Below, in pieces: positions 28,977-38,659 of a DNA stretch of 64,000 bases. The DNA is taken from the NCBI GenBank assembly GCA_964611035.1, contig CAZSWT010000001.1, positions 2,320-66,319 on the forward strand, in the 5' to 3' direction. Numbering within the stretch: position 1 is the stretch's first letter; every line of letters starts with the position of its first letter. The notes under the pieces are model-generated. The model made no database searches. It was given only the letters and a program-made list of their open reading frames with translations, and was not told the DNA's origin. This DNA is from an uncultured Desulfobacteraceae bacterium (GTDB lineage Bacteria > Desulfobacterota > DSM-4660 > Desulfatiglandales > B25-G16). Made by a program: the position numbers and the translations under genes.

Positions 28977-30581
28977 TCATTCCCTTGTACGATCCTCTCT
29001 ATCCTTTTTAAGGTCTTTCACATCCTCCTTTTTCTCGCTTGTATCAGGTTCTACATCAAATGTCTCAGGACCTTTTTTTCGAATATAGGTAGCAATATTT
29101 TTTCGTAATAAGACATATTCATCATTCATTTTCTTAAGCTTTTCCTTGGCCTCTATTGCCTCTCGCTCTAATTCCTTCATTCTCAACGCAAAGTCAGTTA
29201 TATCGGTACTCTCAACTACACACTCTTTGGTTTTTCCATCAATGCTCTTCAGAGTATACACCCTGGCCAAAACATGTAATGGTTCCCCGTCAGCCGAATA
29301 ATACTTCCATTCTTTTCCATTAAATGATTCACCCTTAAAAGCCCTTACTATTGTTTCCTTAAAAGGCTTTCGTGTCGATTTTGAAACAAAGGTCAAAGGG
29401 CTATTTCCAATTATTTCAGAGGAATGATAGCCAAAATTTTCTTCACATGCCTTATTCCAGAAGCTAACCTTACCTTTCGCGTCTATCTTAAAAACAGGAT
29501 TTAATGCCAATCCAAAAGCCTGTTCTGGATTATCATATGCGCTGTAATTTCCACCTTCCACATTTGTCGCATCCTGTATTATTTCTATGGCCCCTTTAAT
29601 TACGCCATTTATATCGAGAATGGGGGCAACGGACACATTTGCTTGCATGCCCTCTTTTATATGAGGAAAAGGAACTCCCACCTCAAAGAACCCGCTTTCT
29701 GTCGTTGATACGATTGAGCTGGAAAATTTGTCTATTATAGAACCCGGGTTTTCTATCATGATATCAGCTAAACTCCGTTGGTTGTCAACATGTAAGGAGG
29801 CAGGAACCTTCTTACCAATTATTTCCTCTGTAGGTATACCTGTCATCTTCTGGCATGCACGATTCCATTGAATCACCCGGTGTTCCAAATCTACTACAAA
29901 GGTAGGCAGAGGGGATTTTTCAACAAGAGTGTCAATATACTTCTTTGACTCTACAAGGGTCCTGGATCTAAGCTGTTCTCTGTCAAGGGCATCATTCTTT
30001 TCCTTTTCATACATAAAGGCGATGAAAAGAATAACCAAAAGGCCTGATAAATATGCGCCCAGGGAATAAATAGGTGAAATATCAGAAGGGATAAGATTCG
30101 GAAACTCATAACCGGTCCTGAATAGATACACTGCAACACCGGTTTCAACAAATATTAACGTCCCCCAGATAGTTCCCCATTGATATCCTGTAATAAAAAT
30201 AGCCATAAGTATGAGGGCAGCATTCCATATCCAGGATAAAAGGATCAATCCTCCTTCACTCATTGCCCCGGTATTCCATCTAATAATCAAAAAAGCGGCC
30301 CATATGATAAAAAAGGCATAATTTCCGGTAACGATGAGATTTTTGGTCAGCCTTAGAAGAATCAGAGCAGAGACCCCTAATATACCGGCACCAATAACAG
30401 TATAAAAGAGAAGATCTGCTTTGATGGAAAAATAAAAAAACCCAAGGCAAGGGGAAAGAAGAATAAGGATGCATAGAAATATATTGAGGGCTTTAGACTT
30501 GGTTATTATCTCTAAATCCGGAGATTTTATTCCGCTGGTAATAAAATTATTAATTATAGATTTGAGGCTCATGTTTGCCAA
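28977..30581 (-). CDS. Multi-pass membrane protein with two PAS domains and C-terminal coiled coil
   Basis: 5-6 hydrophobic helices, then WNRACQKMTG and WNKACEENFG PAS signatures; no kinase or cyclase motifs. Confidence 0.82.
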   Translation of the reverse strand: MANMSLKSIINNFITSGIKSPDLEIITKSKALNIFLCILILLSPCLGFFYFSIKADLLFYTVIGAGILGVSALILLRLTKNLIVTGNYAFFIIWAAFLIIRWNTGAMSEGGLILLSWIWNAALILMAIFITGYQWGTIWGTLIFVETGVAVYLFRTGYEFPNLIPSDISPIYSLGAYLSGLLVILFIAFMYEKEKNDALDREQLRSRTLVESKKYIDTLVEKSPLPTFVVDLEHRVIQWNRACQKMTGIPTEEIIGKKVPASLHVDNQRSLADIMIENPGSIIDKFSSSIVSTTESGFFEVGVPFPHIKEGMQANVSVAPILDINGVIKGAIEIIQDATNVEGGNYSAYDNPEQAFGLALNPVFKIDAKGKVSFWNKACEENFGYHSSEIIGNSPLTFVSKSTRKPFKETIVRAFKGESFNGKEWKYYSADGEPLHVLARVYTLKSIDGKTKECVVESTDITDFALRMKELEREAIEAKEKLKKMNDEYVLLRKNIATYIRKKGPETFDVEPDTSEKKEDVKDLKKDREDRTRE

Positions 30582-30709
30582 TGAACTTTTGGGAAATTAT
30601 TGTGAGAATGACCGTTTAATGAGTGATGATTAAATGAAACATATTCCTGATATATGAGCAAATGATTTCGATACATTGGTTACTCACATAGTACTATCTT
30701 TTATGCTCC

Positions 30710-31201
30710 CTATGGGTAGCCTATAATAATTTTTCCAGTATTATCTAGGATTCCCGTAATAGAAGCTGTATCACCTTTAAAAAGGCTAAGTCCTTTAGAT
30801 GATGAAACTGTTACCATGACACAACTTTCTGAACTGGGGTTATATGTCTGGCAGGTTGCTTGATCAAGTCTCATGATAGTAAAATCGAGAAAATGGCCTT
30901 GAGGGATTGCGACTTCAAGTGCATCTTTTACATCATCTATCACAATTCCACCGGGTAGAACAGGAGCTCCCGAATGAGGTATTATTATTGTATCAGGAAT
31001 ATTCGTTGGAAAGAAGGTTTCATGCGCCAAAAAATACATTATCTCTCCATCAAGAATGCTTTTTAGCGTAAGAGTAGCTTCAGATCCATATGCCCTCTGT
31101 CGCCATGTGTTTAAGAGTGGCACTGCAGTAGCAGCTAAAATTCCTAAAATGGCAACCACAACCATCAATTCAACAAGTGTAAAACCAGCACGTCTTTTCA
31201 T
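30710..31201 (-). CDS. Type IV pilin / prepilin-type protein
   Basis: Class III signal KRRAG|FTLVELMVVVAILGILAA with Glu5; C-terminal Cys pair. Confidence 0.93.
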   Translation of the reverse strand: MKRRAGFTLVELMVVVAILGILAATAVPLLNTWRQRAYGSEATLTLKSILDGEIMYFLAHETFFPTNIPDTIIIPHSGAPVLPGGIVIDDVKDALEVAIPQGHFLDFTIMRLDQATCQTYNPSSESCVMVTVSSSKGLSLFKGDTASITGILDNTGKIIIGYP

Positions 31202-31206
31202 TTGAT

Positions 31207-31803
31207 TTAGGCTCCGCCGCTCGATGGTTGCGTATACTCAATACCCTTTGGCGTGAGAATCACATTCATTTCCCCTGCCTTGGGATTTGCCACAGACAAG
31301 TGGTAACCTATCCTGGGATCCCTCTGATAGGATAATTTCTCGAGATAAAAAAGTTGATCCTTACCTAACGAGAGATATTTGGGAACAAGATTGGATAGTT
31401 TTTCCGGGTATTTATTTCCTTCATAATGCGCATAACGCTTGATAGCTCCATCAACCATGAAAAGAAGCACCCTCCCCTTTTTCGCAAAATCAACTGTTCC
31501 CTTAGGTGCAGGCTGACCACCAAGGATAATCACTCCCCACATCACCAGAATCAACACAGAGGAAATAATGACAAAATACTGAAAAGGGCCCCATTGTTTC
31601 TTTTTAACTGCTTTCTTCTCTATGACCTCATCCAACTTATTTTTTATAGATGTAACACCCTCAGAGACAGAGTAAAGCATGGCACACTGAAAACAATAAT
31701 ATTCGCCATTTTCTCCCTGTTCAGCGCATTCCTTGCAGAGAGGGGCATTACAGCTTGCACAAAAAAATTCTGCCTCCCTTTTAGGATGATATTTACACTT
31801 CAT
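31207..31803 (-). CDS. B-box-type zinc finger + TM + pilin-like extracytoplasmic domain
   Basis: CKYH…CASC…CKEC…CFQC; one TM; GAIKRY…GNKYPEKLSNLVPKYL. Confidence 0.7.
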   Translation of the reverse strand: MKCKYHPKREAEFFCASCNAPLCKECAEQGENGEYYCFQCAMLYSVSEGVTSIKNKLDEVIEKKAVKKKQWGPFQYFVIISSVLILVMWGVIILGGQPAPKGTVDFAKKGRVLLFMVDGAIKRYAHYEGNKYPEKLSNLVPKYLSLGKDQLFYLEKLSYQRDPRIGYHLSVANPKAGEMNVILTPKGIEYTQPSSGGA

Positions 31804-31965
31804 GCAAATTCCTCTTCTAATAACAGTGTATATATTTTTTCAGCTATTATTTTAAGGCTAAGGTAAAAAAAGGTAAAGGAATAGTCAAGAAATAAATTTC
31901 TTTAGGGATTTAGAGGAAATGTTTAATTTTGATATCCTCGTAAAAAGTTCTTTTTTACGAGTTAA

Positions 31966-33888
31966 TCACTTTTGAGGCCTCAAGTTATTTCCGCAATAAG
32001 GACAGGCAACCCAATCTGGCTGCACTATCCGATTGCAAGAACTACATGTCGGTACTATGGGATTTTTGCAATAGGGGCAGTCTCTAAAATCTAAACTGAC
32101 AGTTTTCCCACAATGAGGACACACCGTTGTCAATTCCTCTTTTTCATGGACCGCTTTCAGCACCTCTTCTATGGTTGTAACTCCCTTTTCTATCTTTTTC
32201 ATTCCACTAATCCCGAGGGTGGTCATCCCCATTGCCATTGCTGCTTCCCTCAACGTATCGGCTGTTGCAGTGGATTGAATAAGTTCTCGTATTTTCGGAC
32301 CAACAATCATTATCTCTTCAATAATCGTTCTTCCTTTGAAACCCGTATTGTTGCAATTAGGGCACCCTGCCCCTCTATAGAATTTAAAGGGAAGATCATT
32401 TTGATCCAGGTTTAGCCTGGCCAGGGAATCTTGATTGGGCACATATTCCTCCTTGCAATCCGGACATATAGTTCTTACCAGACGTTGCGCCACAATTCCA
32501 ACTAAAGAAGAGGCAATAAGGTATGGTGGAATACCTATATCTATCAGGCGCGTAACCGCTGCAGGGGCATCATTTGTATGTAGGGTTGAGAGAACTAAAT
32601 GTCCAGTCATAGAGGACTGAACAGCTATCTCAGCCGTCTCTTCATCTCGTATCTCACCTATCATAATCACATTGGGATCTTGTCTTAAAATCGAGCGCAG
32701 AATAAAGGGAAATGAAAGGCCAACCTTCTCGTTTATCTGTACCTGGTTGACACCATATAACTCATATTCTACGGGATCCTCAACAGAAATGATATTTACC
32801 TCTTCTGACTTCATCTCCCGCATACATGCATACAGGGTTGAGGTTTTTCCACTTCCTGTAGGGCCTGTAATCAAAACCATGCCCTGGGGTCGGCGTATAA
32901 AATTTGTTAGTATTGTCAGATTCTTCTGGCTTAATCCAATTTGATCCAGTGAGAGAAAGGCTTCCTCCTTGTTCAAGATTCTTATAACTGCCTTTTCACC
33001 ATAATACGTAGGAAGTGTGGATACCCTCAGATCTACCGCTACATTCCTTGCCTTTACTTTGATTCTCCCATCCTGGGGAAGTCTCCTTTCTGCGATATTT
33101 AAACCCGCCAACACTTTAATGCGTGAAATAATAATAGGTTGCGTCCATTTCGGAAGCTTTATAGAATCCTTTAGCACGCCATCAATACGATTTCTTACTC
33201 TTACATGATTTTCCTGAGCCTCAATATGAACATCACTTGATCCGCTTTTAATGGCATTCCTGATGATAAGATCGACCATTTTTATAAACGGTGAATCCTT
33301 AAAAGATTCAAAATCTGCTTCTTCCTCGATCTTCTTTTCTTCATCGGGAAGAAACTCCATAAGGCCAGCATCTTCAACAAATTCATCAGCAACATCCTTA
33401 ATTGTCCTTTCAGGGTGGTAGTATCGTTGAAGCTTATCCATTATCTGGCTTCGTGTAGAAATAGCAGGCTGGATATTATAACCAGTTATAAACTGGAGAT
33501 CTTTCATTATATGCAGATCAAGAGGATCAGCCATCGCAACATCAAGTATATTATTTTTCATAGAGAGAGGAATGCATACAAATTTCTGGCACACCTCCTC
33601 AGGTATACAGTCAATCACATCATTTTTAATGGAATAGTCTATGAGATCAATGAAGGGAATCTTAAGTTGCATAGCCAGAGAAAAGGCCATCTCCTCTTCT
33701 GAAATGATCTTCATGTCAATTAAGGCCTCGCCTAACCTTTTCCCAGTATTCTTCTGAGCCTCTAAGGCGTCCTTTAGTTTATCAATAGTCAAAAGACCTG
33801 ATTCTATTAATAATTCTCCTAATTTACGCTTGGAGACAAAATTATCATTCTGTGTTTTTTTCTTCCCTTGAATTGATGCAGCAGCCAT
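31966..33888 (-). CDS. pilB: PilB/GspE-family assembly ATPase with MshEN domain and C-terminal double zinc ribbon
   Basis: KLGELL…RLGEAL (MshEN), RRLPQDG, GPTGSGKT, EDPVE, GEIRD, TGHLVLSTLHTN, tetra-Cys, tail CPHC…CPYC…CSSC…CPYC. Confidence 0.9.
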   Translation of the reverse strand: MAAASIQGKKKTQNDNFVSKRKLGELLIESGLLTIDKLKDALEAQKNTGKRLGEALIDMKIISEEEMAFSLAMQLKIPFIDLIDYSIKNDVIDCIPEEVCQKFVCIPLSMKNNILDVAMADPLDLHIMKDLQFITGYNIQPAISTRSQIMDKLQRYYHPERTIKDVADEFVEDAGLMEFLPDEEKKIEEEADFESFKDSPFIKMVDLIIRNAIKSGSSDVHIEAQENHVRVRNRIDGVLKDSIKLPKWTQPIIISRIKVLAGLNIAERRLPQDGRIKVKARNVAVDLRVSTLPTYYGEKAVIRILNKEEAFLSLDQIGLSQKNLTILTNFIRRPQGMVLITGPTGSGKTSTLYACMREMKSEEVNIISVEDPVEYELYGVNQVQINEKVGLSFPFILRSILRQDPNVIMIGEIRDEETAEIAVQSSMTGHLVLSTLHTNDAPAAVTRLIDIGIPPYLIASSLVGIVAQRLVRTICPDCKEEYVPNQDSLARLNLDQNDLPFKFYRGAGCPNCNNTGFKGRTIIEEIMIVGPKIRELIQSTATADTLREAAMAMGMTTLGISGMKKIEKGVTTIEEVLKAVHEKEELTTVCPHCGKTVSLDFRDCPYCKNPIVPTCSSCNRIVQPDWVACPYCGNNLRPQK

Positions 33889-34019
33889 AATGGATCGTAG
33901 CCTTCTTAAATGTTACACGTTAATAAGAAAATTTTTAATTTTATATATCATTATTTACACATTATTTCAACTCAATAAGAACTGATGTAATATTAAAATA
34001 GTAAAAACCAGGCTTTTCT

Positions 34020-34048
34020 TTGACATATAAGTATTAATTTGATATAGA
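34020..34048 (+). promoter_or_regulatory. Sigma70-type promoter toward the kinase operon
   Basis: TTGACA-N17-TATAGA with TG extension. Confidence 0.45.
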
Positions 34049-34182
34049 TTTCCATTAATTTTAAGTTGCGTAAATTATTTTTAAAAAATATATTAGGTAC
34101 ATTACATATAACCATTAGATCACAGGCTATCAACAAAAAAATTTAAAGCAACGAAAATATACATTTAGCCTCTCTTCGAAAT

Positions 34183-34410
34183 TGGAATGATGGAATATTG
34201 TGTGTGTTTCCCTTTATTCAACCTTTCCATCACTCTATGTGAATGGCAGAGGTCAGGTACTACTTAAAAATTTTCAATCCGCCAAAGGCGGACAGGTCCG
34301 CCACCCAGCCACCCCGCCACAAAGACGGCGGGCAGGAAAGACGGCGGGCAGGGCCTAATTCCTTGCAGCTCGTCTGAGCGTAGCGGAAATCCCGCCCGAG
34401 CGGGGCTGCG
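34183..34410. repeat. Cluster of short palindromic elements
   Basis: TGGAATGATGGAATA…TTCCATCACTC; TCCGCC-AAA-GGCGGA (34278-34292); 16-bp tandem duplication AAAGACGGCGGGCAGG (34321-34352); GCAGCTCG…CGGGGCTGC. Confidence 0.7.
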
Positions 34411-34513
34411 TTACATTTTGTAGTTTTGACACCTCGTATTTTGTCGGAACTGATCGGGGCTGAAAGGTAGTTCATGTACACTACGTCATACAATTTCCTA
34501 AACGTGTAATTAC

Positions 34514-37039
34514 ATGAAAAAGGATTTAAGAACAAATCTATTTGTAGGGTCACTTATCATAGCTATTTGTATGTACCTGTCTTTTATGGACTTCTCGCCT
34601 TTCGAGTCCCTTGAAAAGCAAATCTACGAGATCGAAATGCGGCTCGATACACCACGTAACCCCGGCGAAAGCAAAGTAGCCATAGTAAATATCGATGATA
34701 AAAGCATTAGAAAGCTTGGGCAATGGCCCTGGCCACGGCATATCATAGCTGAGATGATCAAGATCTTAAAAAGTAATGGGGCAAAGTTTATTGGCATAGA
34801 TATGATCTTTAGCGAAAAAGAGCAAAACCCAGGCATGAAAGAAATAGAGAAGCTTTACAGTAAAATCCTAAAACGAGAAAATAGTTACGCTAAAGGAGAG
34901 AAAGATACATGGATACTTGCTGAGTTGAGGGAGATTGAAAAACGCCTGGATAATGATACAGAGCTAGCTCAAACAGTGAAAAATAGTGGAAATATAATCC
35001 TTCCAGTTATTGGCGAATTTGGAAAATATCAAACCGAATTAGTAATTCCACCTGAATCATTTCTCAATCTCAGTACATTTAAAAAAGATAACATTAATAT
35101 TGAAGACCACACATCTGTTAGAGAATTAACCACCCCATTTAATGAGCTATTAAAAAGCAGTCATGCCCTGGGACACATAAATCTCTCCCCTAATAAAATA
35201 ATGATGGGCCAGGTTCATAATCCATTTATTGATTATCGAGGACATATAATTCCCTCCATGCCTTTACGTCTTGTGCTTGACTACATAAATAAGCATCCTG
35301 AGCAGGTAATAATTAAAGGCTCCGGAATCAAAATCGGAGAAGAAATTATTCCAACCACCAATGGCGAAATGTTCATTAAATTTAAAGGTGGAAGACGATC
35401 ATTTCCATACTATTCATTTATCGATATCCTAAATGTTAAAAAGGTCCCGGCCGTATTTGATGACAAAATTGTCCTCATTGGCTTTACAGACAAAGGAAGC
35501 CCTACAGTGAGCACGCCAGTAGATCCATCTATGCCACGGATAGAGTTTATGGCCAATGTAATCGAGGATCTTTTAAACGGACGTTTTCTTAAACGCTCAA
35601 ATATGATGCTCTATCTGGAAGTTCTTATCTTAGTGCTGCTTGGTATAGCATCCTCATTCTTCCAATCCCGTTTCAGTTATTTAAACAGAACGGGAATCAC
35701 AGCCGGACTTATTTTTCTTGTATTTTTAACCAGTGCCATCTTTTTTATTGCATTTGATATATGGTTTAAAAGCATTTACATTCTTCTCTCTCTGGTAACG
35801 ATCTATGTTGTTATTATGGGAAAAGACTTTCTCTACATTCGCACGACCGGTCTCTCAAAGGAGGCAATAGAAACTAATCGGATGCTCGGTATTAGTCTCC
35901 AGAGCCAGGGATTGCTTGATCTGTCATTTGAAAAATTCAGAAAATGTCCTCTCGATGATGAACTAAGGGATATTATTTACAATCTTGGGCTTGATTATGA
36001 ACGAAAGAGAATGATTAATAAGGCTATTTCTATATATGAATATATTCGTAAGAAAGAAAAAGCATTTAAGGATTTAAATGAACGTATACCAAAATTAAAA
36101 AAGGTACTCAGTTCTCTGCCATTAGGTGCCTATCAAGGAAGTAAGCAAGAAAAAATAATTGTTTCAGATGACCTGGAAATTAAGCCCACCGTTGGAAGAT
36201 ATGAAATACTCATGGAGTTGGGTCGGGGCGCAATGGGTACCGTGTATAAAGCAAGAGATCCTAAAATCAATCGCCTCTTGGCAATCAAGACAATCCGTTT
36301 CTCTGATGAATTTGAAGAGGATCAGCTAAAAGAAATAAAAGAGCGTTTCTTTACAGAGGCTGAGTTGGCAGGAAAACTCTCGCACCCTGGAATTGTTGCC
36401 ATACACGACATAGGAGAAGACTATGACCTTACGTATATGGCCATGGAATTCTTAGACGGAGATGATCTCGAAAAATATTGTAAGAAAGGATCGCTCCTTC
36501 CAATGAGAAAAATACTCGATATCATAGCTGAAACAGCCGACGCGTTAGAATATGCGCACAACAATAGTGTAATTCACAGAGACATAAAACCAGCAAATAT
36601 CATGCTATTAAAAATTGGTACGGTAAAGGTAACTGATTTTGGAATAGCAAAGTCAATGTCTGCCTCAAAAACCAGAAGTGGAATAATACTCGGTACACCG
36701 AACTATATGTCACCAGAACAGATTATGGGTCGTCAGATAGATGCTCGCTCCGATATATTCTCGCTGGGTGTGGTATTCTTTCAGCTCCTCACAGGAGAAT
36801 TGCCATTCACTGGTGACAATATGAACAGTCTTTTTTACAAAATCACTCAGGAAAAACATGCCTCACCCCATACAATAAATCCAAAAGTTATTAAGCCATG
36901 TGAGCAAATAATCGATAAAGCCTTAGCCAAAAACCCGGATCATAGGTTTCAGAAGGCGAGTAATTTTGCTAAGTATTTAAGAGTCTTAGCGAATAAAATT
37001 GATACACTGAGGGCACAAAAAAATAAAGATAACAAGTAG
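34514..37039 (+). CDS. CHASE2-domain membrane Ser/Thr (Hanks-type) protein kinase
   Basis: IVNIDDKSI…WPWPR (CHASE2), 3 TM, GRGAMG, AIK, HRDIKPAN, DFG, GTPNYMSPE. Confidence 0.95.
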   Translation: MKKDLRTNLFVGSLIIAICMYLSFMDFSPFESLEKQIYEIEMRLDTPRNPGESKVAIVNIDDKSIRKLGQWPWPRHIIAEMIKILKSNGAKFIGIDMIFSEKEQNPGMKEIEKLYSKILKRENSYAKGEKDTWILAELREIEKRLDNDTELAQTVKNSGNIILPVIGEFGKYQTELVIPPESFLNLSTFKKDNINIEDHTSVRELTTPFNELLKSSHALGHINLSPNKIMMGQVHNPFIDYRGHIIPSMPLRLVLDYINKHPEQVIIKGSGIKIGEEIIPTTNGEMFIKFKGGRRSFPYYSFIDILNVKKVPAVFDDKIVLIGFTDKGSPTVSTPVDPSMPRIEFMANVIEDLLNGRFLKRSNMMLYLEVLILVLLGIASSFFQSRFSYLNRTGITAGLIFLVFLTSAIFFIAFDIWFKSIYILLSLVTIYVVIMGKDFLYIRTTGLSKEAIETNRMLGISLQSQGLLDLSFEKFRKCPLDDELRDIIYNLGLDYERKRMINKAISIYEYIRKKEKAFKDLNERIPKLKKVLSSLPLGAYQGSKQEKIIVSDDLEIKPTVGRYEILMELGRGAMGTVYKARDPKINRLLAIKTIRFSDEFEEDQLKEIKERFFTEAELAGKLSHPGIVAIHDIGEDYDLTYMAMEFLDGDDLEKYCKKGSLLPMRKILDIIAETADALEYAHNNSVIHRDIKPANIMLLKIGTVKVTDFGIAKSMSASKTRSGIILGTPNYMSPEQIMGRQIDARSDIFSLGVVFFQLLTGELPFTGDNMNSLFYKITQEKHASPHTINPKVIKPCEQIIDKALAKNPDHRFQKASNFAKYLRVLANKIDTLRAQKNKDNK

Positions 37040-37065
37040 AAGTTGAAAATCATTAAGGAGAAATA

Positions 37066-37893
37066 TTGAAAATTTCAGCTGCGGGACTTTCTGATGTAGG
37101 TCTTAAGAGGGAAAGTAACGAGGATTCCCTTGCAATGGACAACTCTGCTAAATTATACATAGTGGCTGATGGTATGGGGGGTCATTTGGCTGGAGAGGTT
37201 GCCAGCAAGGTTGCCGTACAGATAATCCAAAAAAATGTTAATAATTGGATAAATAAAAACAGTCCGGTGACCGAAATATTTGACTTTCCGGATATGACCT
37301 TGAGCCAAAGAGGTAATTATCTATCAAGTAGTATTAAATTAGCGAACAGAGTCATATATGAGATGTCTCAAGAATATACAGAATACAAAGGTATGGGAAC
37401 AACAATTGTAATTCTGGCAGCAATGCCCTCTACCATAATTGCAGCTAATGTGGGTGATAGCAGGATATATCTTATAAGAGGAGATTCAATGGAGCCCCTT
37501 TCTAAGGAACACAGTATGGTAGCTGAACAGTTAGAGATGGGCCTGATATCCGAGGAAGAAGCAAAAATTTCACCTTTACGACACATACTCACAAGAAATT
37601 TAGGTTCTTCAGATACTGTTGATGCAGATGTGTTCGAAATTGAGCACGTAGATAATGACCGTTTTTTACTCTGCACTGATGGGCTCACAGACCTTGTATC
37701 AGACAATGAAATACTAAACATTATCAAAAACGGAAATGACCCTGAATATATCTGTCAGCAACTCATTTCTGAGGCCAACAAGAGAGGTGGTACTGATAAT
37801 ATCACTGTCTCTTTAATATGTGTAAATAAAGAACCTGATGAAAAGCGAGGAATAATAAAAAAATTTCACACCTTTTTAAAGAATAAAAAATGA
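37066..37893 (+). CDS. Second PP2C/Stp1-family Ser/Thr phosphatase
   Basis: SDVGLKR…NED, ADGMGG, GMGTT, VGDSR, CTDGL, GGTDNIT. Confidence 0.95.
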   Translation: MKISAAGLSDVGLKRESNEDSLAMDNSAKLYIVADGMGGHLAGEVASKVAVQIIQKNVNNWINKNSPVTEIFDFPDMTLSQRGNYLSSSIKLANRVIYEMSQEYTEYKGMGTTIVILAAMPSTIIAANVGDSRIYLIRGDSMEPLSKEHSMVAEQLEMGLISEEEAKISPLRHILTRNLGSSDTVDADVFEIEHVDNDRFLLCTDGLTDLVSDNEILNIIKNGNDPEYICQQLISEANKRGGTDNITVSLICVNKEPDEKRGIIKKFHTFLKNKK

Positions 37894-37935
37894 GAGTCTG
37901 CTTTTTCTTATTAACCACAAAAAGGGGCATATATT

Positions 37936-38658
37936 ATGGCACGTGTTATATTAGTATTTAATAAAAAAGTGATAAAGGAGTATCCTTTTTCCAAAGATAG
38001 CATGACTATCGGGCGGGATGAAGCAAATGAAATTGTTATTGATAATCTGGCAGTATCCGGTCACCATGCCAGAATAGATAAAACTGGAGGTATCTATATT
38101 CTTACTGACCTACAAAGTACAAACGGAACATTTGCGAATGATAAAAAAATTGCTTCTTATAAACTACAACATAAGGATAAAATAACTATCGGCAAACATC
38201 TCCTTTTCTTTGCTATGTCAAAGCAGGAACGAGCCAAAGCTAAAGAGGGAGAGCTTGATAAGACCATGATCCTTGATACAGCCCAGCAAAAGGAGCTGTT
38301 AGAGAAACAGGCCGAAAAAAAGGCCAAGGATGTATCCGCTCAACAAGGAAAAATTGGTGTCGTAAGCTTCATTGATGGCTCTGGTGAAGGCGAAATTCAA
38401 CTGACGAAAAAGTTAACCAAGATAGGCAAGGCTGAAACTTCTGAAATAAGGCTCGGCGGTTTATTTATGCCTCCTACTGCAGCTACTATTAGCCGAAGAC
38501 CAAATGGTTATGCTATTACAGCAACTACTGGGAAAACCAAAGTTAAGGTTAATAATCAAGTAAAAAAAGAAAGCTATTATCTCAAAGATTTTGATACGAT
38601 TGAAATAGGATCATACAAGTTCCAATTTTATAGCCATGATATAGAAGATAAAAAATAA
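37936..38658 (+). CDS. Tandem FHA-domain protein
   Basis: First FHA IGRD…VSGHH…STNGT intact; second FHA degenerate (IGK, no SxH). Confidence 0.9.
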   Translation: MARVILVFNKKVIKEYPFSKDSMTIGRDEANEIVIDNLAVSGHHARIDKTGGIYILTDLQSTNGTFANDKKIASYKLQHKDKITIGKHLLFFAMSKQERAKAKEGELDKTMILDTAQQKELLEKQAEKKAKDVSAQQGKIGVVSFIDGSGEGEIQLTKKLTKIGKAETSEIRLGGLFMPPTAATISRRPNGYAITATTGKTKVKVNNQVKKESYYLKDFDTIEIGSYKFQFYSHDIEDKK

Positions 38659-38659
38659 G

